The translations under genes were made by a program, and so were the position numbers. Positions 38,846 through 50,800 of a stretch of 64,000 nucleotides of DNA are shown one piece after another. Origin of the DNA: Eledone cirrhosa. Taxonomy: Eukaryota. The notes under the pieces are model-generated. The model saw only the letters and a program-made list of their open reading frames with translations. It made no database searches and was not told the DNA's origin. The stretch is from assembly GCA_964016885.1 (NCBI GenBank), contig OZ024746.1, positions 52,452,001 through 52,516,000 of the forward strand, in the 5' to 3' direction. Position 1 is the first letter of the stretch. Each line of letters starts with the position of its first letter.

Positions 38846-41800
38846 TGTAGTTAGAGGTTGCTGAGATGGTAGTGTTGTTGTTGTTGTTATTGTAGTTAGT
38901 GGTTGCTGAGATGGTAGTGTTGTTGTTGTTATTCTAGTTAGTGGTTGCTGTGATGGTAGTGTTGTTGTTGTTGTTATTGTAGTTAGAGGTTGCTGAGATG
39001 GTAGTGTTGTTGTTGTTGTTATTGTAGTTAGTGGTTGCTGTGATGGTAGTGTTATTGTTGTTATTGTAGTTAGTGGTTGCTGAGATGGTAGTGTTGTTGT
39101 TGTTATTGTAGTTAGTGGTTGCTGAGATGGTAGTGTTGTTGTTGTTGTTATTGTAGTTAGTGGTTGCTGTGATGGTAGTGTTGTTGTTGTTATTCTAGTT
39201 AGTGGTTGCTGTGATGGTAGTGTTGTTGTTGTTATTCTAGTTTGTGGTTGCTGTGATGGTAGTGTTGTTGTTGTTATTGTAGTTAGTGGTTGCTGTGATG
39301 GTAGTGTTGTTGTTGTTATTCTAGTTAGTGGTTGCTGTGATGGTAGTGTTGTTGTTGTTATTCTAGTTAGTGGTTGCTGTGATGGTAGTGTTGTTGTTGT
39401 TATTCTAGTTAGTGGTTGCTGTGATGGTAGTGTTGTTGTTGTTGTTATTGTAGTTAGAGGTTGCTGTGATGGTAGTGTTGTTGTTGTTATTCTAGTTAGT
39501 GGTTGCTGTGATGGTAGTGTTGTTGTTGTTATTCTAGTTTGTGGTTGCTGTGATGGTAGTGTTGTTGTTGTTATTGTAGTTAGTGGTTGCTGTGATGGTA
39601 GTGTTGTTGTTGTTATTCTAGTTAGTGGTTGCTGTGATGGTAGTGTTGTTGTTGTTGTTATTGTAGCTAGTGGTTGCTGTGATGGTAGTGTTGTTGTTGT
39701 TATTCTAGTTAGTGGTTGCTGTGATGGTAGTGTTGTTGTTGTTATTCTAGTTTGTGGTTGCTGTGATGGTAGTGTTGTTGTTGTTATTGTAGTTAGTGGT
39801 TGCTGTGATGGTAGTGTTGTTGTTGTTATTCTAGTTAGTGGTTGCTGTGATGGTAGTGTTGTTGTTGTTATTCTAGTTAGTGGTTGCTGTGATGGTAGTG
39901 TTGTTGTTGTTATTCTAGTTAGTGGTTGCTGTGATGGTAGTGTTGTTGTTGTTGTTATTGTAGTTAGAGGTTGCTGAGATGGTAGTGTTGTTGTTGTTGT
40001 TATTGTAGTTAGTGGTTGCTGAGATGGTAGTGTTGTTGTTGTTATTGTAGTTAGTGGTTGCTGTGATGGTAGTGTTGTTGTTGTTATTCTAGTTAGTGGT
40101 TGCTGTGATGGTAGTGTTGTTGTTGTTGTTATTGTAGTTAGTGGTTGCTGAGATGGTAGTGTTGTTGTTGTTGTTATTGTAGTTAGATGTTGCTTAGATG
40201 GTAGTGTTGTTGTTGTTGTTATTGTAGTTAGAGGTTGCTGAGATGGTAGTGTTGTTGTTGTTATTGTAGTTAGTGGTTGCTGGGATGGTATTGTTGTTGT
40301 TGTTATTCTAGTAAGTGGTTGCTGTGATGGTAGTGTTGTTGTTGTTATTCTAGTTAGTGGTTGCTGTGATGGTAGTGTTGTTGTTGTTGTTATTGTAATT
40401 AGTGGTTGCTGTGATGGTATTGTTGTTGTTGTTATTCTAGTTAGTGGTTGCTGTGATGGTAGTGTTGTTGTTGTTGTTATTGTAGTTAGTGGTTGCTGTG
40501 ATGGTATTGTTGTTGTTGTTATTCTAGTTAGTGGTTGCTGTGATGGTAGTGTTGTTGTTGTTGTTATTGTAGTTAGTGGTTTCTGTGATGGTAGTGTTGT
40601 TGTTGTTATTGTAGTTAGTGGTTGCTGTGATGGTAGTGTTGTTGTTGTTATTCTAGTTAGTGGTTGCTGTGATGGTAGTGTTGTTGTTGTTGTTATTGTA
40701 GTTAGTGGTTGCTGTGATGGTAGTGTTTTTGTTGTTATTCTAGTTAGTGGTTGCTGTGATGGTAGTGTTGTTGTTGTTGTTATTGTAGTTAGTGGTTGCT
40801 GTGATGGTAGTGTTGTTGTTGTTGTTATTGTAGTTAGTGGTTGCTGAGATGGTAGTGTTGTTGTTGTTGTTATTGTAGTTAGTGGTTGCTGAGATGGTAG
40901 TGTTGTTGTTGTTGTTATTGTAGTTAGTGGTTTCTGTGATGGTAGTGTTGTTGTTGTTGTTATTGTAGTTAGTGGTTGCTGTGATGGTAGTGTTGTTTTT
41001 GTTATTCTAGTTAGTGGTTGCTGTGATGGTAGTGTTGTTGTTGTTGTTATTGTAGTTAGTGGTTGCTGAGATGGTAGTGTTGTTGTTGTTGTTATTGTAG
41101 TTAGTGGTTGCTGTGATGGTAGTGTTGTTGTTGTTATTCTAGTTAGTGGTTGCTGTGATGGTAGTGTTGTTGTTGTTATTCTAGTTTGTGGTTGCTGTGA
41201 TGGTAGTGTTGTTGTTGTTATTGTAGTTAGTGGTTGCTGTGATGGTAGTGTTGTTGTTGTTATTCTAGTTAGTGGTTGCTGTGATGGTAGTGTTGTTGTT
41301 GTTATTGTAGTTAGAGGTTGCTGAGATGGTAGTGTTGTTGTTGTTGTTATTGTAGTTAGAGGTTGCTGAGATGGTAGTGTTGTTGTTGTTGTTATTGTAG
41401 TTAGTGGTTGCTGAGATGGTAGTGTTGTTGTTGTTATTGTAGTTAGTGGTTGCTGTGATGGTAGTGTTGTTGTTGTTATTCTAGTTAGTGGTTGCTGTGA
41501 TGGTAGTGTTGTTGTTGTTGTTATTGTAGTTAGTGGTTGCTGTGATGGTAGTGTTTTTGTTGTTATTCTAGTTAGTGGTTGCTGAGATGGTAGTGTTGTT
41601 GTTGTTGTTATTGTAGTTAGTGGTTGCTGAGATGGTAGTGTTGTTGTTGTTATTGTAGTTAGTGGTTGCTGTGATGGTAGTGTTGTTGTTGTTATTCTAG
41701 TTAGTGGTTGCTGTGATGGTAGTGTTGTTGTTGTTATTCTAGTTAGTGGTTGCTGTGATGGTAGTGTTGTTGTTGTTGTTATTGTAGTTAGAGGTTGCTG

Positions 41801-44800
41801 TGATGGTAGTGTTGTTGTTGTTGTTATTGTAGTTAGTGGTTGCCGAGATGGTACTGTTGTTGTTGTTATTCTAGTTAGTGGTTGCTGTGATGGTAGTGTT
41901 GTTGTTGTTGTTATTGTAGTTAGATGTTGCTTAGATGGTAGTGTTGTTGTTGTAGTTATTGTAGTTAGAGGTTGCAGAGATGGTAGTGTTGTTGTTGTTA
42001 TTGTAGTTAGTGGTTGCTGTGATGGTATTGTTGTTGTTGTTATTCTAGTAAGTGGTTGCTGTGATGGTAGTGTTGTTGTTGTTATTCTAGTTAGTGGTTG
42101 CTGTGATGGTAGTGTTGTTGTTGTTGTTATTGTAATTAGTGGTTGCTGTGATGGTATTGTTGTTGTTGTTATTCTAGTTAGTGGTTGCTGTGATGGTAGT
42201 GTTGTTGTTGTTGTTATTGTAGTTAGATGTTGCTGAGATGGTAGTGTTGTTGTTGTTGTTATTGTAGTTAGAGGTTGCTGAGATGGTAGTGTTGTTGTTG
42301 TTATTGTAGTTAGTGGTTGCTGTGATGGTAGTGTTGTTGTTGTTATTCTAGTTAGTGGTTGCTGTGATGGTAGTGTTGTTGTTGTTATTCTAGTTAGTGG
42401 TTGTTGTGATGGTAGTGTTGTTGTTGTTGTTATTGTAGTTAGTGGTTGCTGTGATGGTATTGTTGTTGTTGTTATTCTAGTTAGTGGTTGCTGTGATGGT
42501 AGTGTTGTTGTTGTTGTTATTGTAGTTAGAGGTTGCTGAGATGGTAGTGTTGTTGTTGTTGTTATTGTAGTTAGTGGTTGCTGAGATGGTAGTGTTGTTG
42601 TTGTTGTTATTGTAGTTAGTGGTTTCTGTGATGGTAGTGTTGTTGTTGTTATTGTAGTTAGTGGTTGCTGTGATGGTAGTGTTGTTGTTGTTATTCTAGT
42701 TAGTGGTTGCTGTGATGGTAGTGTTGTTGTTGTTGTTATTGTAGTTAGTGGTTGCTGTGATGGTAGTGTTTTTGTTGTTATTCTAGTTAGTGGTTGCTGT
42801 GATGGTAGTGTTGTTGTTGTTGTTATTGTAGTTAGTGGTTGCTGTGATGGTAGTGTTGTTGTTGTTGTTATTGTAGTTAGTGGTTGCTGAGATGGTAGTG
42901 TTGTTGTTGTTGTTATTGTAGTTAGTGGTTTCTGTGATGGTAGTGTTGTTGTTGTTGTTATTGTAGTTAGTGGTTGCTGTGATGGTAGTGTTGTTGTTGT
43001 TGTTGTTATTGTAGTTAGATGTTGCTTAGATGGTAGTGTTTTTGTTGTTGTTATTGTAGTTAGAGGTTGTTGAGATGGTAGTGTTGTTGTTGTTATTGTA
43101 GTTAGTGGTTGCTGTGATGGTATTGTTGTTGTTGTTATTCTAGTTAGTGGTTGCTGTGATGGTAGTGTTGTTGTTGTTGTTATTGTAGTTAGTGGTTGCT
43201 GTGATGGTATTGTTGTTGTTGTTATTCTAGTTAGTGGTTGCTGTGATGGTAGTGTTGTTGTTGTTGTTATTGTAGTTAGAGGTTGCTGAGATGGTAGTGT
43301 TGTTGTTGTTGTTATTGTAGTTAGTGGTTGCTGTGATGGTAGTGTTATTGTTGTTATTGTAGTTAGTGGTTGCTGAGATGGTAGTGTTGTTGTTGTTATT
43401 GTAGTTAGTGGTTGCTGAGATGGTAGTGTTGTTGTTGTTATTCTAGTTACTGGTTGCTGTGATGGTAGTGTTGTTGTTGTTGTTATTGTAGTTAGTGGTT
43501 GCTGTGATGGTATTGTTGTTGTTGTTATTCTAGTTAGTAGTTGCTGTGATGGTAGTGTTGTTGTTGTTGTTATTGTAGTTAGATGTTGCTGAGATGGTAG
43601 TGTTGTTGTTGTTGTTATTGTAGTTAGAGGTTGCTGAGATGGTAGTGTTGTTGTTGTTATTGTAGTTAGTGGTTGCTGTGATGGTAGTGTTGTTGTTGTT
43701 ATTCTAGTTAGTGGTTGCTGTGATGGTAGTGTTGTTGTTGTTATTCTAGTTACTGGTTGCTGTGATGGTAGTGTTGTTGTTGTTGTTATTGTAGTTAGTG
43801 GTTGCTGTGATGGTATTGTTGTTGTTGTTATTCTAGTTAGTAGTTGCTGTGATGGTAGTGTTGTTGTTGTTGTTATTGTAGTTAGATGTTGCTGAGATGG
43901 TAGTGTTGTTGTTGTTGTTATTGTAGTTAGAGGTTGCTGAGATGGTAGTGTTGTTGTTGTTATTGTAGTTAGTGGTTGCTGTGATGGTAGTGTTGTTGTT
44001 GTTATTCTAGTTAGTGGTTGCTGTGATGGTAGTGTTGTTGTTGTTGTTATTGTAGTTAGAGGTTGCTGAGATGGTAGTGTTGTTGTTGTTGTTATTGTAG
44101 TTAGTGGTTGCTGAGATGGTAGTGTTGTTGTTGTTGTTATTGTAGTTAGTGGTTTCTGTGATGGTAGTGTTGTTGTTGTTGTTATTGTAGTTAGTGGTTG
44201 CTGTGATGGTAGTGTTGTTGTTGTTATTCTAGTTAGTGGTTGCTGTGAAGGTAGTGTTGTTGTTGTTGTTATTGTAGTTAGTGGTTGCTGTGATGGTAGT
44301 GTTGTTGTTGTTGTTATTGTAGTTAGTGGTTGCTGTGATGGTAGTGTTTTTGTTGTTATTCTAGTTAGTGGTTGCTGTGATGGTAGTGTTGTTGTTGTTG
44401 TTATTGTAGTTAGTGGTTGCTGTGATGGTAGTGTTGTTGTTGTTGTTATTGTAGTTAGTGGTTGCTGAGATGGTAGTGTTGTTGTTGTTGTTATTGTAGT
44501 TAGTGGTTGCTGAGATGGTAGTGTTGTTGTTGTTGTTATTGTAGTTAGTGGTTTCTGTGATGGTAGTGTTGTTGTTGTTGTTATTGTAGTTAGTGGTTGC
44601 TGTGATGGTAGTGTTGTTGTTGTTATTCTAGTTAGTGGTTGCTGTGATGGTAGTGTTGTTGTTGTTGTTATTGTAGTTAGAGGTTGCTGAGATGGTAGTG
44701 TTGTTGTTGTTGTTATTGTAGTTAGTGGTTGCTGAGATGGTAGTGTTGTTGTTGTTGTTATTGTAGTTAGTGGTTGCTGTGATGGTAGTGTTGTTGTTGT

Positions 44801-47800
44801 TATTGTAGTTAGTGGTTGCTGAGATGGTAGTGTTGTTGTTGTTGTTATTGTAGTTAGTGGTTGCTGAGATGGTAGTGTTGTTGTTGTTGTTATTGTAGTT
44901 AGTGGTTTCTGTGATGGTAGTGTTGTTGTTGTTGTTATTGTAGTTAGTGGTTGCTGTGATGGTAGTGTTGTTGTTGTTATTCTAGTTAGTGGTTGCTGTG
45001 ATGGTAGTGTTGTTGTTGTTGTTATTGTAGTTAGTGGTTGCTGAGATGGTAGTGTTGTTGTTGTTGTTATTGTAGTTAGTGGTTTCTGTGATGGTAGTGT
45101 TGTTGTTGTTGTTATTGTAGTTAGTGGTTGCTGAGATGGTAGTGTTGTTGTTGTTGTTATTGTAGTTAGTGGTTTCTGTGATGGTAGTGTTGTTGTTGTT
45201 GTTATTGTAGTTAGTGGTTGCTGTGATGGTATTGTTGTTGTTGTTATTCTAGTTAGTGGTTGCTGTGATGGTAGTGTTGTTGTTGTTGTTATTGTAGTTA
45301 GAGGTTGCTGAGATGGTAGTGTTGTTGTTGTTGTTATTGTAGTTAGTGGTTGCTGTGATGGTAGTGTTATTGTTGTTATTGTAGTTAGTGGTTGCTGAGA
45401 TGGTAGTGTTGTTGTTGTTATTGTAGTTAGTGGTTGCTGAGATGGTAGTGTTGTTGTTGTTGTTATTGTAGTTAGTGGTTGCTGTGATGGTAGTGTTGTT
45501 GTTGTTATTCTAGTTAGTGGTTGCTGTGATGGTAGTGTTGTTGTTGTTATTCTAGTTAGTGGTTGCTGTGATGGTAGTGTTGTTGTTGTTATTGTAGTTA
45601 GTGGTTGCTGTGATGGTAGTGTTGTTGTTGTTATTCTAGTTAGTGGTTGCTGTGATGGTAGTGTTGTTGTTGTTATTCTAGTTAGTGGTTGCTGTGATGG
45701 TAGTGTTGTTGTTGTTGTTATTGTAGTTAGAGGTTGCTGAGATGGTAGTGTTGTTGTTGTTGTTATTGTAGTTAGTGGTTGCTGAGATGGTAGTGTTGTT
45801 GTTGTTGTTATTGTAGTTAGTGGTTTCTGTGATGGTAGTGTTGTTGTTGTTATTGTAGTTAGTGGTTGCTGTGATGGTAGTGTTGTTGTTATTCTAGTTA
45901 GTGGTTGCTGTGATGGTAGTGTTGTTGTTGTTGTTATTGTAGTTAGTGGTTGCTGTGATGGTAGTGTTTTTGTTGTTATTCTAGTTAGTGGTTGCTGTGA
46001 TGGTAGTGTTGTTGTTGTTGTTATTGTAGTTAGTGGTTGCTGTGATGGTAGTGTTGTTGTTGTTGTTATTGTAGTTAGTGGTTGCTGAGATGGTAGTGTT
46101 GTTGTTGTTGTTATTGTAGTTAGTGGTTGCTGAGATGGTAGTGTTGTTGTTGTTGTTATTGTAGTTAGTGGTTTCTGTGATGGTAGTGTTGTTGTTGTTG
46201 TTATTGTAGTTAGTGGTTGCTGTGATGGTAGTGTTGTTGTTGTTATTCTAGTTAGTGGTTGCTGTGATGGTAGTGTTGTTGTTGTTGTTATTGTAGTTAG
46301 AGGTTGCTGAGATGGTAGTGTTGTTGTTGTTGTTATTGTAGTTAGTGGTTGCTGAGATGGTAGTGTTGTTGTTGTTGTTATTGTAGTTAGTGGTTGCTGT
46401 GATGGTAGTGTTGTTGTTGTTATTGTAGATAGTGGTTGCTGTGATGGTAGTGTTGTTGTTTTTATTGTAGTTAGTGGTTGCTGAGATGGTAGTGTTGTTG
46501 TTGTTATTCTAGTTAGTGGTTGCTGTGATGGTAGTGTTGTTGTTGTTATTCTAGTTAGTGGTTGATGTGATGGTAGTGTTGTTGTTGTTATTGTAGTTAG
46601 TGGTTACTGTGATGGTAGTGTTGTTGTTGTTATTGTAGTTAGTGGTTGCTGTGATGGTAGTGTTGTTGTTTTTATTGTAGTTAGTGGTTTCTGTGATGGT
46701 AGTGTTGTTGTTATTCTAGTTAGTGGTTGCTGTGATGGTAGTGTTGTTGTTGTTATTCTAGTTAGTGGTTGCTGTGATGGTAGTGTTGTTGTTGTTGTTA
46801 TTGTAGTTAGTGGTTGCTGAGATGGTAGTGTTGTTGTTGTTGTTATTGTAGTTAGTGGTTGCTGAGATGGTAGTGTTTTTGTTGTTGTTATTGTAGTTAG
46901 TGGTTGCTGTGATGGTAGTGTTTTTGTTGTTATTGTAGTTAGTGGTTGCTGAGATGGTAGTGTTGTTGTTGTTGTTATTGTAGTTAGAGATTGTTGAGAT
47001 GGTAGTCTTGTTGTTGTTGTTATTGTAGTTAGAGGTTGCTGTGATGGTAGTGTTGTTGTTGTTATTGTAGTTAGAGGTTGCTGAGATGGTAGTGTTATTG
47101 TTGTTATTGTAGTTAGTGGTTGCTGAGATGGTAGTCTTGTTGTTGTTGTTATTGTAGTTAGAGATTGCTGAGATGGTAGTGTTGTTGTTGTTGTTATTGT
47201 AGTTAGTGGTTGCTGAGATGGTAGTGTTGTTGTTGTTATTGTAGTTAGTGGTTGCTGAGATGGTAGTGTTGTTGTTGTTATTGTAGTTAGTGGTTGCTGA
47301 GATGGTAGTGTTGTTGTTGTTGTTATTGTAGTTAGAGGTTGCTGTGATGGTAGTGTTGTTGTTGTTGTTATTGTAGTTAGTGGTTGCTGAGATGGTAGTG
47401 TTGTTGTTGTTGTTATTGTAGTTAATGGTTTCTGTGATGGTAGTGTTGTTGTTGTTATTGTAGTTAGAGATTGCTGTGATGGTAGTGTTGTTGTTGTTAT
47501 TGTAGTCAGTGGGTGCTGAGATGGTAGTGTTGTTGTTGTTGTTATTGTAGTTAGTGGTTGCTTAGATGGTAGTGTTGTTGTTGTTATTGTAGTTAGTGGT
47601 TGCTGAGATGGTAGTGTTGTTGTTGTTATTGTAGTTAGTGGTTGCTGAGATGGTAGTGTTGTTGTTGTTGTTATTGTAGTTAGAGGTTGCTGTGATGGTA
47701 GTGTTGTTGTTGTTATTGTAGTTAGTGGTTGCTGAGATGGTAGTGTTGTTGTTGTTGTTATTGTAGTTAGAGGTTGCTGTGATGGTAGTGTTGTTGTTGT

Positions 47801-50800
47801 TATTGTAGTTAGAGATTGCTGTGATGGTAGTGTTGTTGTTGTTATTGTAGTCAGTGGGTGCTGAGATGGTAGTGTTGTTGTTGTTGTTATTGTAGTTAGT
47901 GGTTGCTTAGATGGTAGTGTTGTTGTTGTTGTTATTGTAGTTAGTGGTTGCTGTGATGGTAGTGTTGTTGTTGTTGTTATTGTAGTTAGTGGTTGCTGTG
48001 ATGGTAGTGTTGTTGTTGTTATTGTAGTTAGTGGTTGCTGAGATGGTAGTGTTGTTGTTGTTGTTATTGTAGTTAGTGGTTTCTGTGATGGTAGTGTTGT
48101 TGTTGTTATTGTAGTTAGTGGTTGCTGTGATGGTAGTGTTGTTGTTGTTGTTATTGTAGTTAGTGGTTGCTGTGATGGTAGTGTTGTTGTTGTTATTCTA
48201 GTTAGTGGTTGCTGTGATGGTAGTGTTGTTGTTGTTGTTATTGTAGTTAGTGGTTGCTGAGATGGTAGTGTTGTTGTTGTTATTGTAGTTAGTGGTTGCT
48301 GAGATGGTAGTGTTGTTGTTGTTGTTATTGTAGTTAGTGGTTGCTGTGATGGTAGTGTTGTTGTTGTTATTGTAGTTAGTGGTTGCTGAGATGGTAGTGT
48401 TGTTGTTGTTGTTATTGTAGTTAGTGGTTGCTGTGATGGTAGTGTTGTTGTTGTTATTGTAGTTAGTGGTTGCTGAGATGGTAGTGTTGTTGTTGTTATT
48501 GTAGTTAGTGGTTGCTGAGATGGTAGTGTTGTTGTTGTTATTGTAGTTAGTGGTTGCTGTGATGGTAGTGTTGTTGTTGTTATTGTAGTTAGTGGTTGCT
48601 GAGATGGTAGTGTTGTTGTTGTTGTTATTGTAGTTAGTGGTTGCTGTGATGGTAGTGTTGTTGTTGTTATTGTAGTTAGTGGTTGCTGAGATGGTAGTGT
48701 TGTTGTTGTTATTGTAGTTAGTGGTTGCTGAGATGGTAGTGTTGTTGTTGTTGTTATTGTAGTTAGTGGTTGCTGTGATGGTAGTGTTGTTGTTGTTATT
48801 ATAGTTAGTGGTTGCTGAGATGGTAGTGTTGTTGTTGTTATTGTAGTTAGTGGTTGCTGAGATGGTAGTGTTGTTGTTGTTATTGTAGTTAGTGGTTGCT
48901 GTGATGGTAGTGTTGTTGTTGTTATTGTAGTTAGTGGTTGCTGAGATGGTAGTGTTGTTGTTGTTGTTATTGTAGTTAGTGGTTGCTGTGATGGTAGTGT
49001 TGTTGTTGTTATTGTAGTTAGTGGTTGCTGAGATGGTAGTGTTGTTGTTGTTATTGTAGTTAGTGGTTGCTGAGATGGTAGTGTTGTTGTTGTTGTTATT
49101 GTAGTTAGAGGTTGCTGTGATGGTAGTGTTGTTGTTGTTATTGTAGTTAGTGGTTGCTGTGATGGTAGTGTTGTTGTTGTTATTCTAGTTAGTGGTTGCT
49201 GTGATGGTAGTCTTGTTGTTGTTATTCTAGTTAGTGGTTGCTGTGATGGTAGTGTTGTTGTTGTTGTTATTGTAGTTAGTGGTTGCTGAGATGGTAGTGT
49301 TGTTGTTGTTATTGTAGTTAGTGGTTGCTGAGATGGTAGTGTTGTTGTTGTTGTTATTGTAGTTAGTGGTTGCTGTGATGGTAGTGTTGTTGTTGTTATT
49401 GTAGTTAGTGGTTGCTGTGATGGTAGTGTTGTTGTTGTTATTCTAGTTAGTGGTTGCTGTGATGGTAGTCTTGTTGTTGTTATTCTAGTTAGTGGTTGAT
49501 GTGATGGTAGTGTTGTTGTTGTTATTGTAGTTAGTGGTTACTGTGATGGTAGTGTTGTTGTTGTTATTGTAGTTAGTGGTTGCTGTGATGGTAGTGTTGT
49601 TGTTTTTATTGTAGTTAGTGGTTTCTGTGATGGTAGTGTTGTTGTTATTCTAGTTAGTGGTTGCTGTGATGGTAGTGTTGTTGTTGTTATTCTAGTTAGT
49701 GGTTGCTGTGATGGTAGTTTTGTTGTTGTTGTTATTGTAGTTAGTGGTTGCTGAGATGGTAGTGTTGTTGTTGTTGTTATTGTAGTTAGTGGTTGCTGTG
49801 ATGGTAGTGTTGTTGTTTTTATTGTAGTTAGTGGTTTCTGTGATGGTAGTGTTGTTGTTATTCTAGTTAGTGGTTGCTGTGATGGTAGTGTTGTTGTTGT
49901 TATTCTAGTTAGTGGTTGCTGTGATGGTAGTGTTGTTGTTATTCTAGTTAGTGGTTTCTGTGATGGTAGTGTTTTTGTTGTTATTGTAGTTAGTGGTTGC
50001 TGAGATGGTAGTCTTGTTGTTGTTGTTATTGTAGTTAGAGGTTGCTGTGATGGTAGTGTTGTTGTTGTTATTGTAGTTAGTGGTTGCTGAGATGGTAGTG
50101 TTGTTGTTGTTGTAGTTAGCGGTTGCTGAGATGGTAGTGTTGTTGTTGTTATTGTAGTTAGTGGTTGCTGAGATGGTAGTGTTGTTGTTGTTATTCTAGT
50201 TAGTGGTTGCTGTGATGGTAGTGTTGTTGTTGTTATTCTAGTTAGTGGTTGCTGTGATGGTAGTGTTGTTGTTGTTGTTATTGTAGTTAGTGGTTGCTGT
50301 GATGGTATTGTTGTTGTTGTTATTCTAGTTAGTGGTTGCTGTGATGGTAGTGTTGTTGTTGTTATTCTAGTTAGTGGTTGCTGTGATGGTAGTGTTGTTG
50401 TTGTTATTCTAGTTAGTGGTTGCTGTGATGGTAGTGTTGTTGTTGTTGTTATTGTAGTTAGTGGTTGCTGTGATGGTAGTGTTGTTGTTGTTGTTATTGT
50501 AGTTAGATGTTGCTGAGATGGTAGTGCTGTTGTTGTTGTTATTGTAGTTAGAGGTTGCTGAGACGGTAGTGTTGTTGTTGTTATTGTAGTTAGTGGTTGC
50601 TGTGATGGTAGTGTTGTTGTTGTTATTCTAGTTAGTGGTTGCTGTGATGGTTGTGTTGTTGTTGTTGTTATTGTAGTTAGAGGTTGCTGAGATGGTAGTG
50701 TTGTTGTTGTTGTTATTGTAGTTAGTGGCTGCTGAGATGGTAGTGTTGTTGTTGTTGTTATTGTAGTTAGTGGTTTCTGTGATGGTAGTGTTGTCGTTGT

